The notes under the pieces are model-generated. The model was given only the letters and a program-made list of their open reading frames with translations. It was not told the DNA's origin and did not search any database. 64,000 nt of DNA from Lingula anatina (taxonomy: Eukaryota; Animalia; Brachiopoda). The stretch is from the NCBI GenBank assembly GCA_051362555.1, contig CM120648.1:8056587-8120586 (forward strand), given 5' to 3'. Positions within the stretch are counted from its first letter, which is position 1. Each line of letters opens with the position of its first letter. Made by a program: the position numbers and the translations under genes. Of the stretch, positions 38,039 through 51,734 are shown piece by piece.

Positions 38039-38226
38039 AGACTCAGGCCTACCCAACTACCAGACTCGGCACCGAATGATCCTGAATTCACCGGTAGATC
38101 AGACCACACTACACTACTGTGTAATGCGATCTGACACACACCTTGAAAACGGGAAGTGTGGTCTGATCTACCGGTGAATTCCGGATCATTCGGTGCCGAG
38201 TCTGGTAGTTGGGTAGGCCTGAGACT
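38039..38226. mobile_element. Hairpin MITE
   Basis: 72-bp inverted arms (38039-38110 / 38155-38226) with 2 mismatches and a 44-nt spacer. Confidence 0.85.
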
Positions 38227-38967
38227 AATTTTTCATTTTCTGTATGAGAGAGAGAGAGAGAGAGAGAGATTTCAAATCTAAGTAAAGCTGTTTGTCAGTG
38301 GAAAATAAAACCCCGATTTGCTTAAAAGCAAATTCTAAGAATTGGGCTCACATGTAACAGCTCCCTTGAGTCCGCTATCAACAGCTGACAAACTACAGCT
38401 TTGGTACTTTCACATATCCCCTTATGACAGGCAGTGGTAATAAACAAGCATTTTAGCTTTATCTTCATATGAGATTTTATACACCGAATAACAACCTGAC
38501 AATCTCTCTACAGAAAAAAAAAGACTAAACCAAGTATTCTGAAAGAAGAAAATTATGGGGATTTTAAAATGGGGTGGGGGCAGCTGGGCAAAAGGGTGGT
38601 TTGTGGGAGAACGTCTTATTTCTCCCTTTTTGAGCACAAAACAATGGATGTAAAAAAACAAACAAACAAACAACAAATAAATAAAACACTGGGGGACATT
38701 TTTAATGACAGCTCTGCAGTCTCATAAATGGTAGACTTATCCTATGGTTATAAGGTTCACAAACCATTAACAGTAAGCGCTGAACTTGTATCCCAGCAAT
38801 GCAAAAATTATCTAAAAAAACTGCATCAGAACATCCCGTGTTTCCTCCTTCTTCTGCTCAATATAAATATCCCAAATCAATATTTGATTAGAGCAATCAA
38901 ACTGCCAGTCTCACAGTGCAGAACAATGGTGATGAGATCAATAATTATTACAGACATCCCCACAACA

Positions 38968-39070
38968 CAGACATCAGACAACTGATCAGATCTCACCCCT
39001 TACGGAGCTCTTTGATAGCAGACATCAGACAACTCATCAGATCTCACCCCTTACTGAGCTATTTGATAGC
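38968..39070. repeat. 51-bp tandem duplication
   Basis: cagacatcagacaact...ttgatag occurs twice. Confidence 0.9.
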
Positions 39071-39241
39071 GTGTGGGCATCAAATGAATGTTTTTCAGAC
39101 AATTGATTGCCTGCTTATCAAACTGATGCAGTTGCTGGAAATTGGCACAAAAAAGGATCTACTACTCCTTACAGAGCTCTGTGATAATATGATGGAATTG
39201 ACTTCTGCCAAATCTTGACTAAAATGTTTTTTCAAAAGTGA

Positions 39242-39296
<55 letters not shown>

Positions 39297-41439
39297 TGTA
39301 TATATATATATTTATATGAAAAGATTTGTTGTACTCTTGGCTATAACAAATTCACCAATTTCTTTCACGAAACACACAAATTCTGTAAACCAAATAGATT
39401 CCTAGTAACATTTTTATAATTCAAAGATATCTGCCTCTGACCTCCAAATAAACACACATACTGAATGCCACTGTCTTTAAACTGAAGTGCCTATTTATAC
39501 TTGTTATCAATTTCTATCTGCAAGATGAAAGATCCTTTACCATCAATCATTTCAATCAAGTTTTGTATAGAACCAATTTTTTTGGCTGCATCTTTTGGTT
39601 TATTTGTTCATTTGTCTATTTATTACTTCACATATTTATTATTTGACTCACACATTACAGCTTGCTTTAAATGTGCATAAAAAGTCAATAGTCAGAAAAA
39701 GTGCTGGTTTTGCTACTCTCATATGCAGAAGACCTTGTAAAGCATTGAAAAAAATGACAGAATTGGTACAGTGGCACATCACAATAAAAACATAATAGAT
39801 ACTTTTTCGTAAAGGTTAAGAGAGAAAAAAATTTAAAAAATACATCTAGAGAGTTCATTCTTTATAAAAGTAGCAATGAGAACATCAAATAATCCACCAT
39901 TTGATTATACCAACAATTTTTACAACATAAAACGACAACAGTACAATAACCCATCAATAAAATCCAATAAAAAACCCATTACGCATAATTCAATTACTGC
40001 TTTCCCGATGAAATAGAAATAAAAACACCCACCACTCCATTTAGTCCACTAACATCAATAAAGACAAACCACACAGGAAGGCTATACACATTCAGGAAAT
40101 GGAGAGCTAACTAGTAATGAAAGAAAAAGCCTTTCAAATAATTCTTTCACATCCAAATAAAAGACAGATATGATAATAAAAAAAATTCACTATGAATAAA
40201 ACTGAGGAAGTTTTGTTTAAGTTGCATAAATTTCTTAGTTAAACCATAAATGATACAAGAGAAGTCTTTCACAATCCTCCTGAAATTGTGTTAGTTGTTC
40301 ATGGCACACTGCCTCACACAATCATCACATCCAACCACAATGAGTTTTCTAACTTCACGAATATATAGCTTATTTCATACAATACACAAAACAAATTAAG
40401 AAAACAAATCAAATTTTTTATCTAATATTGCTGGTTCAGGCATTTAAGTTCCCTTTTTCAATAGCAAAAAAAAAAGTTGACTGCAGATTGGTTTCCTGTA
40501 CATAGTGATATTGTGCAGAGAATATTCTCAGTTTAGCTACCATGGTACTGAATAAAATCTGTCAAAAACATATAATAATACAAGTAAAATAGAGATTAAA
40601 CATTACAGCACTCAAATAAAGTTAAAAGTAAATCAAACTATTATCAAAAACAGAGCTGCACCTTGTAAAAAAGTAACAGAATTTAGTTGTTTCAAATCAT
40701 GACAGAGTTAGAGGCCTGTAAATATTAGATTTCAGATTTTGTTTAATTAACAGTGATAAGTCCTTTCAAAGTTAAAAGAAATTTAAATGAAATGAAAATA
40801 AAATGCTCCAATCGATAGGTTTCTCTGTTGGCCCATAGTAAAAAAGTTTGAAGGGGAAGGGGTGGGTCTGTTATCTTAAAAATATGGACCTTTTCACCCC
40901 CTTATTTGACACTACTTTAGATAAGGCATAAAATCTAGAGCCATTTTTGATTCATAATGAACCTTTTCTGGCCAAAAAAAGTAGTTCTTTCTAATCCGCA
41001 TACTCACGCTGCCGCCCCCCAACCCCTTTGCTCCTCCTTACCAACCTGCCCTGCTCATATCATTTAGCCTCACAGAAAGCATGAGGTGAGCTAAGGTGAT
41101 AACGCCGTCCCAATTCCCTAGATTTCCATACAAAAACCCATATTATGCATAGATATGCAGTTTCTTATCAAAAATGCATTCGATGCATACTCACAGGCAT
41201 CCAAAACAACAATGAAAACTGATAACTTTTCACTCGATATTGAATGCTCTAAATGCATAGAGTTGGGCACTTTGGTGATTTCCTCTGTATAAACTCAACA
41301 TGGTCAGAAAAAAAATTGCTGACCTATAAAAAACCCAGATAAGGGCATGCTGGTCTTAATTAACTGATCAGATTTCCTGGAATTTTTTTCCCTTGATTTG
41401 TGTATTGATTTGTCCTGCAAAGAGGCAGTGGTCAGGACT

Positions 41440-41442
<3 letters not shown>

Positions 41443-41513
<71 letters not shown>
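41443..41513. repeat. (GA)n microsatellite (others at 1869, 5099, 42338, 51698)
   Basis: Direct reading. Confidence 0.95.
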
Positions 41514-41517
<4 letters not shown>

Positions 41518-42334
41518 ATGGAGAAAGAGACAGTATTCAAGGGGGAGTCACAGAGGGAAAAGAGATAATGAATAAGTGAGCATTCATGGATCATAATTTC
41601 GTAAATAAGCTAAATAAGACAATTCTCTATCATTTCTTCCAGTGACATGGTGTTTTTATGGGAGGGAGAACAGAAGTAAGGAGAGGGGGGAGGTGAGATA
41701 CTGAAGCAAATAAGCCTGTCCAACAGATCAAAAAAAATTTTCTTTGTCAACAAAATGCCTGCCTTAAAATAATAATTATAAAAAATTAAAAGGCAAATAA
41801 TTGAACTTTCTCTCTAACACATAACAGGCCATTCACTCATTCATTCATTCATTCAGCATTAGTCATAACTTCTAATTCCCATTTATATCTACAGTTTCAA
41901 AACACTGCCACTTTATTCCAATTCCCAGGAAAGTGCCAGGAAATGAGAAATTAAAGTTAGTGGCATTCAAAACCCTCCCAAGTGAGCATTCACCATTTCA
42001 TCGAAATCAGATGTATTATAATGGTTATTACACAAGGAAAGATCACCACTAGAGATTTCTACGCGGCCGATGCAGTTTCATGCTTTTTTAATGTCTTTGA
42101 TTCCATTCATGGCTAATGGGTTTTATCTGTAGTTTGACTCTAATCTCTGTGTTACATTTAATGGCATAGGCACTGCTCATGTATCACACTTGCAGGTCTT
42201 TGATGTTTTGAAAAAATTGCAGTCTTGTAGCCTGTGGGAGAGGTGTGGAGAGAGAGAGAGCGGGGGAGAGGGGGGAGGGTGAGGCAAAAGCCAGAAAGAA
42301 GAGAGAGAGAGGGGGTGAGGTAGAAACGAAAGGC

Positions 42335-42383
<49 letters not shown>

Positions 42384-44079
42384 CAAGGGAGAGAGAGGGA
42401 GAGGGAAGGAAATGAAAAATATGATTGTTTATTTAAATATCAAAACTTGTTACAAGGTTATCACTGATACAAAAGATTTTGTAACTTTCCTTTTTTATCA
42501 GAAATTTCGAGAGAGAAAGAGAGGGAGAGAGAGGGATGAATCTCTACAATAACAATTATGACTCATTTAATTAAAATTATGCCTCCTCCCCTCATACCTC
42601 TTCCAGGATCCCTGTAATGACTCACATGCTGATAAACCAAACTCTGACTATGAAAACTTTGTGCTACCATGGAGGAAATGCTACTTCATTTTTCCCTGAT
42701 TTATCAAATCAGATTATGCACACTTCTATACTTCCTATCATTAAATAGTGTTCAAACATTATTATCATTATTGGGATCTTGCCAACTGTTCATTGGGTTG
42801 AGTCATAGTTTTGATTTCGACAAAAATGTGATAAAAGTTTTTTGAGAGAGAGAGAGAGAGAGAGTCAGACAGACAGACAGTTGGACAGAAAGAGAGATGA
42901 AGATGATGACAAGCTTGAAATATTCTGCCATCTTTTCAAACTGCATCGCAATAGTCTACAAATAAACTACAGCAACCAGCTAATCAATGAAACTGAAAGA
43001 TTTAGGTTTTAGTTTTGTCAAAATGATTGGCTGCACCATTTCTCTTTTCACATACATATTCACACACAGGAGAAAGTAAAACAAAGCAGCCTATGATCTT
43101 TAAACTTCCCTGACATATTGATACTTTTAAGTACTTCTGGACTCTAGTGTTAAACAATACTAGATTGTGACTGATCATAATATAGCTGTGTTATTCTGAC
43201 ACAATAGAACTGCTGATTTTTCGGTAGCTGAAAGTAGTCTTTCATTTTAAAACATACATGTATGTGGCACAATCTTTTTAAGTGCTATAAATATTAATTA
43301 TTTATAAATAATGTAAATTCTTGCACTCGGACTAAATGAAGAGTCAAATACACCAACATGTTTTCAAGTCATCTCCACCCTAAATAATAACATTTAGTTT
43401 TTTTTTTTAATTGTCTCATCAAAAGGATGTACAATTACAGTGTGCAAAGGGAAAGACACACAGTGCTGGGTGGACCAAAAAGTATGAAACCTGGTAAGGA
43501 TTGATCTAGGCACTAGGCACTAGGCAGGGCCTGGGGCCCATAGCCAGCAATTACAAAAGGAGGTTCTTTTTCTGAAAATGTGGACCTTTGGTCATGAAAC
43601 CATAGTTTACCTAGATCAAATTTACCCAGAGTGGGCCTTTTCCACAGCAAAAAGGAGGATTCTTTTTAACTCCCTGAACTTGGCCTGACTACAGACCTGC
43701 AAAGGGTAGTAGGACCTCAGAATAAATGTCATGAGACCACTGAGAATGAATGTTACATCACACTAGCTAGCCTGTTAATCTGATTGCATTCAGCAAGAGT
43801 CCCCATGGAGTTAGTACACACTAGCCTACCTGTGGCATAACTCATTCTGAACATCCCCTTTGTCCATGCTTTGCTCAGTATTTTTGTATGATATATAATT
43901 TCCAAAATCTTATCACATTTTTGTTTGCTTATCTGCAATATATGTGGTAGCATAAAACAGTTGACGGTTTCATAAAATCATGATAAAAATGAGCGATGAA
44001 GCCCTGAAGCACTTAACATCAGAGAAACAATGCCATAAATCAGCCCTGACTAGAAAATTGTTACAAAAACTTCACAACA

Positions 44080-44190
44080 AGACAGGTACCAACACGATTT
44101 CAACATAAATGTCTAAAAACAAAGCAAAAACCCCCACAATTAGACAGGTACCAACACGATTTCAACATAAATGTCTTAAAACAAAGCAAA
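44080..44190. repeat. 62-bp-period tandem duplication
   Basis: agacaggtaccaacacgatttcaacataaatgtc...aaagcaaa occurs twice. Confidence 0.88.
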
Positions 44191-44223
44191 CTATGCTGTG
44201 TCAGAGTCAAACTGGAATGATAA

Positions 44224-44453
44224 GGTGCATTCACACATGAAGATAAAACCAAACTGATTTGAGTCTAAAACGTGTCACCAAAGCACATAATATCCAAGGG
44301 TTAATTGGATCAACACAGTTTATGAAGACATTGCAAAGCTAGGTTTAGTGCAATTAAAAATGGTTATTTTTATATCCAAAATTGCCATTTGGTTTGTCTG
44401 ATGACAACTTAGACCTAAGATCTAAACAGTTAAAACTCTTGTGTGAATGCATC
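44224..44453. mobile_element. Decayed Harbinger-like MITE
   Basis: Imperfect TIRs GGTGCATTCACACATGA / TCTTGTGTGAATGCATC, preceded by TAA. Confidence 0.6.
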
Positions 44454-44643
44454 AACCAGACTGACTGCCCATACTTTAGAATAATACATAAATGTCTTCC
44501 ACAGCACACATAATGACCAGGTGAAACTAATTGTCCTGATTTTTTTCCTCAGTTCACATGTCATCGGGTTCAGCCTTATTTGTATGGTTCACATCCCACT
44601 TCACAATCTAAAGGGAAATGGTCCTCAAGGCTATCAGGCTGGT

Positions 44644-44754
<111 letters not shown>

Positions 44755-45341
44755 CACCATGGTTTGATGTTTTCTTCCTTGTTTTCTTCCTTGTTTAAAA
44801 ACATATGTGCTTATCTGTTGATGGTCTTTTGATGACTTTTCTTCCTTGTTTAAACAGCCATATGCTTGTACCGTTGACAGACTAGTCTTCACAATCATCA
44901 TCTCCTAATTCTAAGATGAGAAATAGCTGTCAATTGACTCCACTTGCTAGTGAAAGTAACACGAAATTTTTATGTAATATCTCAATTTTTTTTCACAAAA
45001 GAAAATGTTACATCATTCTGTCCACCTCTGTTTATTTAACATCATTCTTGTTAGTTTAAGAAGGGCAATCCGGAACACATTTGGACTAACTTTGAAAAAT
45101 TAAGCCCATCCAAAGTGGATTGGAAAATCTCGATCCATCTTTGCCTTTTCACATTCTAGTCTCCACTTACTGATCTCTTAGAGCGCATTCAGAACCTCAG
45201 ACACACAGATCCTTGGATCAAATATGGCCAACCCACTTGAACATTTGTTGCGTAATCCCCGCGGGGAATCTATTCAATGTCTACAGGAATTAGGCGACAA
45301 GCTTTTTAGTGGGTCACCATATTTGACCTGCAGATCTGTTA

Positions 45342-45556
45342 GACCCCATTTCCAGAGATTAGATCGATCTACTTTAGATCGACCTAACTCCCTGGGGGTT
45401 CACGCTAAATAGCTGTCAGCCAAGCGGACACGAAAGTTAATTAACCCCTTACAGCTTGTAGTAGGCGGGACGGACATTTAAGCCGGATTATCTGACAGTA
45501 ATCTAGTGAGACTCCCCGCGGGGATAGATCGATCTAAAAGCTCTGGGAATACAGCC
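45342..45556. mobile_element. MITE family A copy, Harbinger-like
   Basis: TTA on both flanks, imperfect TIRs, homologous to the 20615 and 55090 copies. Confidence 0.85.
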
Positions 45557-46092
45557 TTATAGTCTGCTGTTCTGAATGAGCTCTTGTTTGTATTGCATGG
45601 CATAGCATATTCAAACATGGTCATAAAATATGCAGTGATATGCAATTATACAGTTCTATGCAGGCATTTTTGATACTGTCAGCAGTAAAAACATGTGAGA
45701 CAATTACTGGTATTTCTAGGCCCAATTTGAAACATTAAACTGCCTTCAAAAAAAAATAATAAACGACTGTGGCACAATTATAGCTTTTTAATGGTTTAAG
45801 CAGATCATAATCTTAAACCTGTGGTCATGTCTGAACATGACATAATTTTCTACACATAATTTAGATAGACGGCTGAACAAAAATTCAGCTTTCTAGCCCC
45901 ATGCACCTGCCCCTAGGACATTACCTATCAGTGATCCACAGGTACCCTGATTTTCACAGTCTACTAGAGACTCACATCAATGAGGAATACCAGCCCGCTT
46001 GGCGCCAGGTGTCGCTAGTGTGAATTCAGTCCTTCCACAGTCGCCATGTTGGATATTGTATACGTTGGACTGTGGTACTGGCCTTAATAAAC

Positions 46093-46436
46093 ATGCCTCA
46101 ATATTGTTGTTTACCTGAATGTCAAAGTCGGCAAGGTGGGCATAATTTTCTTGAGGATTCAGGGCTTCGTTTGAAGTGAAGGGTTGCCCATGTCAACACA
46201 CCTTCCATGTTAAAGGGTCAGTTACAACTTGACCCAGGAACAGTAATTAGGCCCCTAAAGATAGACGAGTTGCCTCAAAAAGAATACACGTAAAAAGGTT
46301 AATTGATCTTGGCAAAACTTATAAAGTTTTGGAAAGAGAGCTCCATAGCAAGAAAGTGCCCCTAGGAAGTATGATTTATCAAAGTGCGTTTTCTTATGTC
46401 CGTAATTTCAGAAGAGTTGTCAGTAAATATATATAA
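46093..46436 (+). pseudogene. Transposase relic: THAP N-terminus fused by deletion to a DDE_Tnp_4 C-terminus
   Basis: MPQYCCLPECQSRQGGHNFLEDSGLRLK*RVA is THAP-like. It is followed by VNTPSMLKGQLQL, a frameshift, and RRVASKRIHVKRLIDLGKTYKVL...NFRRVV, where the HVER catalytic Glu has become Lys. Confidence 0.85.
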
Positions 46437-46530
46437 GTCCCGGTAGCCTACTACCCGCATAAGGTTGTGTTATTAAGTAATATCCTTTTTTTTTTGTTGT
46501 ATTGAGCATGACCGGTAATGTTAATTAAAT

Positions 46531-47154
46531 AATTATTTTTATTTAAAATCATTATTCAGTACCTCGTAAGAATCATAAAACTAGGTATAGTTAGATAATT
46601 TATTTGTTCATGTATAGATCCAATTTCTCAGCCAATGGAATAATGCATGTTTGGAAATCTTTTTGTAACAGTTTAAGAAATAAAATTTAAAGAAAGAAAA
46701 CATTTTATAAATGAACAGTTTTTGTTCTTTTTTTACAAAATAGCACTTCTGAATTGTTTTACTTGAGTAGAAACACCATGTTATTTCATCACTCTGAAAA
46801 TTCATTAAAAAGCAGCAAAACCAAATATTTTATTTAAACAAAATAATTATTCAGTCCATAGTAAAAACCATGAAACCATGTAATACTTAGATAATTTATT
46901 TGTGCTATAACTTTCCTGAATATATAGCTGCAATTTCTCAGCCAATGGATTACTGTAGGTATGGAAAACTTTTTGTAACAGTTTAAGAAATAAAAATTAA
47001 AGAAAGCAAACATTTTACAAATTAACACAGTTTTTTGTTCCTTTTTACAAAATAGTACTTATGAATTATTTTACTTGAATAGAACCACCACATTATGTCA
47101 TCACTTTGAAAAGGAGAGACAATTCTTTAAAAAGCAGAAAAACCAAATTATTTG
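46531..47154. repeat. Diverged ~300-bp tandem duplication inside the transposon
   Basis: Two copies share blocks such as caatttctcagccaatgga and ttttgtaacagtttaagaaataaaa. This explains the twin ORFs 46608-46805 and 46834-47028. Confidence 0.85.
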
Positions 47155-47383
47155 CTGTAAATACAACTAGCAATTTATTTCATCCCACTAAAATACTTTA
47201 CAAAATAGCATCATGGTTTTTTTTTTATTACAGTTAAATATTATTAAAAACAGCATAAACACATAAGTACTTTTTGTAAAGAATATAGCACCACCAAATT
47301 ATTTCATTTTAGTGAAAACATTTTTTAAAATTGCACTTCAAAATTATGATTGCAGCTAAAACCATCTCATACAGGGGTACTTT

Positions 47384-48580
47384 CTATAAACTGGTTGACA
47401 CATACTTCCTATAGTGTTTTTCATTAAAAAAAGTTAGCCTGGGCAAAATACATGTAGAAAAATATCCAGCGTCAGAATGAATCAACCCCACAAACAGATC
47501 TTTGAATGTAAACACAGCAAAATAGCAGAATGGGCGATTTGTAATGAACATCTGGCCTTCTAACTTAGTATAGTATTCGCGGGTTTTCTTTATGCCCAGA
47601 TTCGTGCACGAGATACACATTCCAAAAAGGGGAAATCGGGTCCGGGTCCAACTGTCATGTGTCTGCAATGGTTTTGGACACAACAATTATTCATACAGTT
47701 TGTTCATATACTTCTTCTCTGTAGCTGACATTATCTCTCCAAATCTGGAAGCAGTGATCCGCCATTGTCTCTCCTTGTGTCAGATTGCGCTCTTTCCTTG
47801 TTGTAACTTGCTATGCTCAGTGTCCTTCGCTGTTTGTTCCTCAACCTGAAATAGTCATATCCCATTAAAGCATGGTAGATGGTTACAGCATTAAATAGTT
47901 AAGATACAATTTTATATTTCTATGATGTCACACATCACCTAGTTTGATAATTCTTTCTCATATTTGGGCCTGATTCTTAATATTAGACCTCTGTTTTCAC
48001 TTACATCATTCCATCTATCCATGCATTATTGTTTTCATGGCACTTGGCAATAGTTGTTGTCCATCACAGCCGCCTGTAAGTCAGCTTTAGGGTAGGCATA
48101 ACTGGTGGCTACATCAATCTTTGCCGCTGATGTGAAGTGACGGGTAAGATTCCTGAAGTAATCATTTTATCCTGCTCTTGAAGTTGGCTGTCCTGGGGTC
48201 CTGAAATCGACAGTTTCAGGCTCTGCCCCCAATATATGGGCCTTCTTTGGGTAACCTTATAAAGAAAAAAATAAGTACATTTACTAAGTATAAAAAATCT
48301 TCGTCTTTCGTGCTACTAAAACAAAATATGAGCGTAGGCCTACTCGTACCTACAGTAGTCTACATGTACATAACATGTCAGATTTGACACACACACACCT
48401 CGACTAATGTTCGATTTTTTTCAAGGAAAATAGTTAGCATTCGTGTTTTTCAAGCACTAAATGAAAAGAAAACACATACCTTTCAGTCAATTCACATTTT
48501 CATCCAGATGTTATGGCACCACATTCAAGTAAATTGCGTTTGAGTTGGTTCACTGTCAGCGACGCGTGCACAGGCTCCAT
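47384..48580 (-). pseudogene. Three-exon relic of a SAP + YqaJ (lambda-exonuclease-like) transposon accessory gene
   Basis: Exon 48480-48580 reads LTVNQLKRNLLECGAITSG*KCELTE (SAP). A middle exon lies at 48005-48255. Exon 47384-47845 reads Q..S..*..ERQWRITASRFGEI...YYTKLEGQMFITNRPFCYFAVFT (YqaJ). It has stops and lacks the PD-(D/E)xK core. Confidence 0.8.
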
Positions 48581-50100
48581 GTTAAACTCTGGTGTAAAGC
48601 CGTGAGCGAGATTCTGCGAGATTTAAGAAGGACTGCTTTCACCCCCACGCCATCTAGCGGCAGACCCTTAAAGCGGGTATTCCCCATTATCAGGATGTTA
48701 CAAGTGGGGCTGGCAGAGGCTCAGGAGGCACACTGATGACAGAGGTCATATCCCAATGTTTTCAGATAACCCGGATAATCAGGATGTCAACTGGTTGTGA
48801 TAATGGTTTTGATTCCAAGGAAAAAGGAAAAGTTTCAAAATCCGTTAAATTAAAAATGATCCAACCTAAAAGTCTTATTACTAAATCTAAACCTATCATG
48901 ATGAAAGGTACAGTTTGTGCATATGTAGCAAGCAAACCTTAAGGTAAAAGTCAAGAAATGTAGTTCTTAATTTGTTTAAGCCTCATAGGCCATGCATGTC
49001 TACACGGTTACCAAAAACACACAAAACATTACCTTTTAAAACCTTCCCCTGGTCTCATAAATCTAGTGAAATAAATAGCAAATCAAAACTTACACATATC
49101 GCCAGATGTTTTAAATCAATGTACACTGAGCCTGAGGTCATACTGCCTGTAAAATCTGCTCTTGTTCTTCGTGGTAGCTCAAAAAATCCACAAAAATGGT
49201 GTCCCAGTGTATCTGTGTCCTTAATGACACCTGTGTGTATGTGTGTGTATACCTGCCGGATAGCCTAGACTAAAATGTCATAAAAGTCGGGAACCGTCTG
49301 TTATCAGAAATGGGACTGCAGCCTGTAAAGTCACATGTCATCAAGCTGACTTCTCGTTGTGGGGCTTCCAAGGAGCAAGTGTTGAACTCACTTTTTCATT
49401 ACATCATACATGTTTAGCTCTGAAATCAGCAGTCAGAAATGGGGTTGCTCACCAGTAAAATCTTATCTTGCCAAGATGCAGGAAATGTGTGTTAATTTAA
49501 GTTACTCATGTGGGGCTTCAGAGACATAAAACTTTAATCATCAAATTGATTGCATTATAAATACACAACACCTAGTCTGTTATTAATGTATACATTCATG
49601 CTTTTATGTGTCTTATATATATATATAATAAACTTCCATATTGTTAAAAGAAGCCAGTTAATTTCATATCACCAGAGATCTTTATGTAAATGTGTAGGCA
49701 GATGGGAAGGTTTCACATGGATAAAAATTCAGTCATTGAATGACTTTAATTACTGACATATTTCATTTATGTATAGCACAATTATTTTATTATTTTTTGG
49801 TAAAACAGAGAGGATTTCAAAGGAATTGCCATCAGCAACCAGTTTATTAAATCACAACACCCATTTTCTAAATATCTCATTTTTTTCTGCTTTCTGAGTA
49901 TTGATTTGAGACTGAGTGAGAACACTGCTGTCTGGCACCCATTTAAAACAGAGTATGTTTCTGCATATCTCAAGTTTTTGAGCATAATTACAAAAAAGGG
50001 GGATATCCAATGCCATCATAAATAAATTGGTTAAAAAATAAATTAATTCATTAATTAAAGTAATTGAATGATTGGATGGAATAATAAATGCATGATTCAC

Positions 50101-50155
<55 letters not shown>

Positions 50156-50156
50156 A
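50101..50156. repeat. (TAAA)n microsatellite
   Basis: Direct reading. Confidence 0.95.
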
Positions 50157-51695
50157 ATCCATAAATCTAGCCTACATGAGTATGTGACATACAGGTTGTA
50201 TCAAAATCACATTCCAAAACTTAGTTAAGTTAACCACACTGAAAATCAGCACCCAATTAACTTCCATTCACCCAATCAAACTTATAACTATAAATATCAT
50301 GCATGTAACTAATGCGACACAGGGTATTTAAATCAGGCTCTGTGAATTGAAAACACTTTCACATTTAATTCTCCACTTCCTGGCAACTTGTTAAATCGTG
50401 ATTCGCATTAAGGAAATCCTTTCTTAATCTTCCTTTCATATTTACAGGATACTGCTAAAAATACCCAGCAACAGATGTCTTTCCATGAATAATCATTGAA
50501 CCTGATAATTCTTAATGGGATATAAAATTGATCTTTCATTTTTTTTCATCAGGATTTTCATCAGGATATTTGTGACATCATGCAAAAAGTACGTCACTAC
50601 CATATATGTTTTTTACCAGTCAAATTTCTTGAATGAAAAAAAAGGTTTTGTTTTAAATAACATAATTAAAAGTACCAAGGATATTATTACACCATTGTCC
50701 TTGTACACATGCTAACTGAATACTGTCTGTTATGAAAAAAAGGGGATTGGATATTTTTAAGAATAATAAATAAATGATAAATTGTTGAATCTGAATACAG
50801 ATCACACTAAAAAAACTCTCATATGCAAAAGGACCTTTTCAAAAATAAAGTATCTCAGACATCCTTAATTACATAATGTCAGATATAAAAAATGTGTGTC
50901 GAAATCACACGGACTAAAACAATAGCGCATAATCCAAGCTGAAACATACATCTAATAATTCTTCATCTCCTCTGAATCGAATCAGTAGCTTTTCAAAGGC
51001 AATACACGTCAAACTCATCCAGTAAATATCGGTATTTTGGAATCCCTACAGCGACTCTTCTAAGCAGACGACAGGACAGACTTCATAAACTTGGAGCAAA
51101 CCCAAAATTAAATGGATTTTAGAGGCCCATAGAAGGCAATAAAAAGGCAGAGACCAGAGAATCCAATTAGCAAATGTGAACATTATCAAGGAACCTCATC
51201 TGCTCTGAGCTAGACAGAATTACTTTGATGAACATTTGCAAGATGGAAGGGGACAGATCAGGAGCTTTATACGGACAGACGAGCACTATGCTGACTGGGG
51301 GATTCTGAGGCCCATTTTCAGTGGAGAGTGATCTGCCTATCTCAGTACAACTAATCTGTACAGCCCCTGGGAGTGTGATTACAAAGTGGAAATGACATCA
51401 AACTGGACATGTATATTTGTTTCATCTTGACCCACTTGAAAGTTTACCACATAACCCACCGGGAAGCTATTCATTATCTATTAGGGGATTTATGCCAGAA
51501 TCTTTCAAGCGGGTTGGCCATATTTCATCCATGGTAATAAGTAACACTAGGTTAGACAGACCTATCTTCAATATAAACCAGCTTTAAGATTGTCATACCT
51601 GTGGTGTCTTGCTAATGAAAAAGGTTATTTTTATAACATTATATCTCAAAAATGAATCAATGAATTATTATATGGGGCTGTCTACCTGATATAGT

Positions 51696-51734
<39 letters not shown>

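Larger units (their letters stand above)
45982..48685. mobile_element. Internally deleted ISL2EU-like (PIF/Harbinger group) DNA transposon
   Basis: TIRs GAGGAATACC / GGTATTCCCC with AT on both flanks (TSD). Contains convergent THAP-DDE and SAP-YqaJ relics. Confidence 0.85.

Noticed and set aside
37078-39070. Direct repeats considered as a CRISPR-like array
   Set aside because: Two-copy tandem duplications without unique spacers, in eukaryotic intron sequence.
42190-42231. Possible phase 2-2 exon (LQDCNFFKTSKTCK) as the missing LIM portion
   Set aside because: It would give C-x1-C spacing with no His. The donor is weak and the acceptor tract is just a (CT)n microsatellite.
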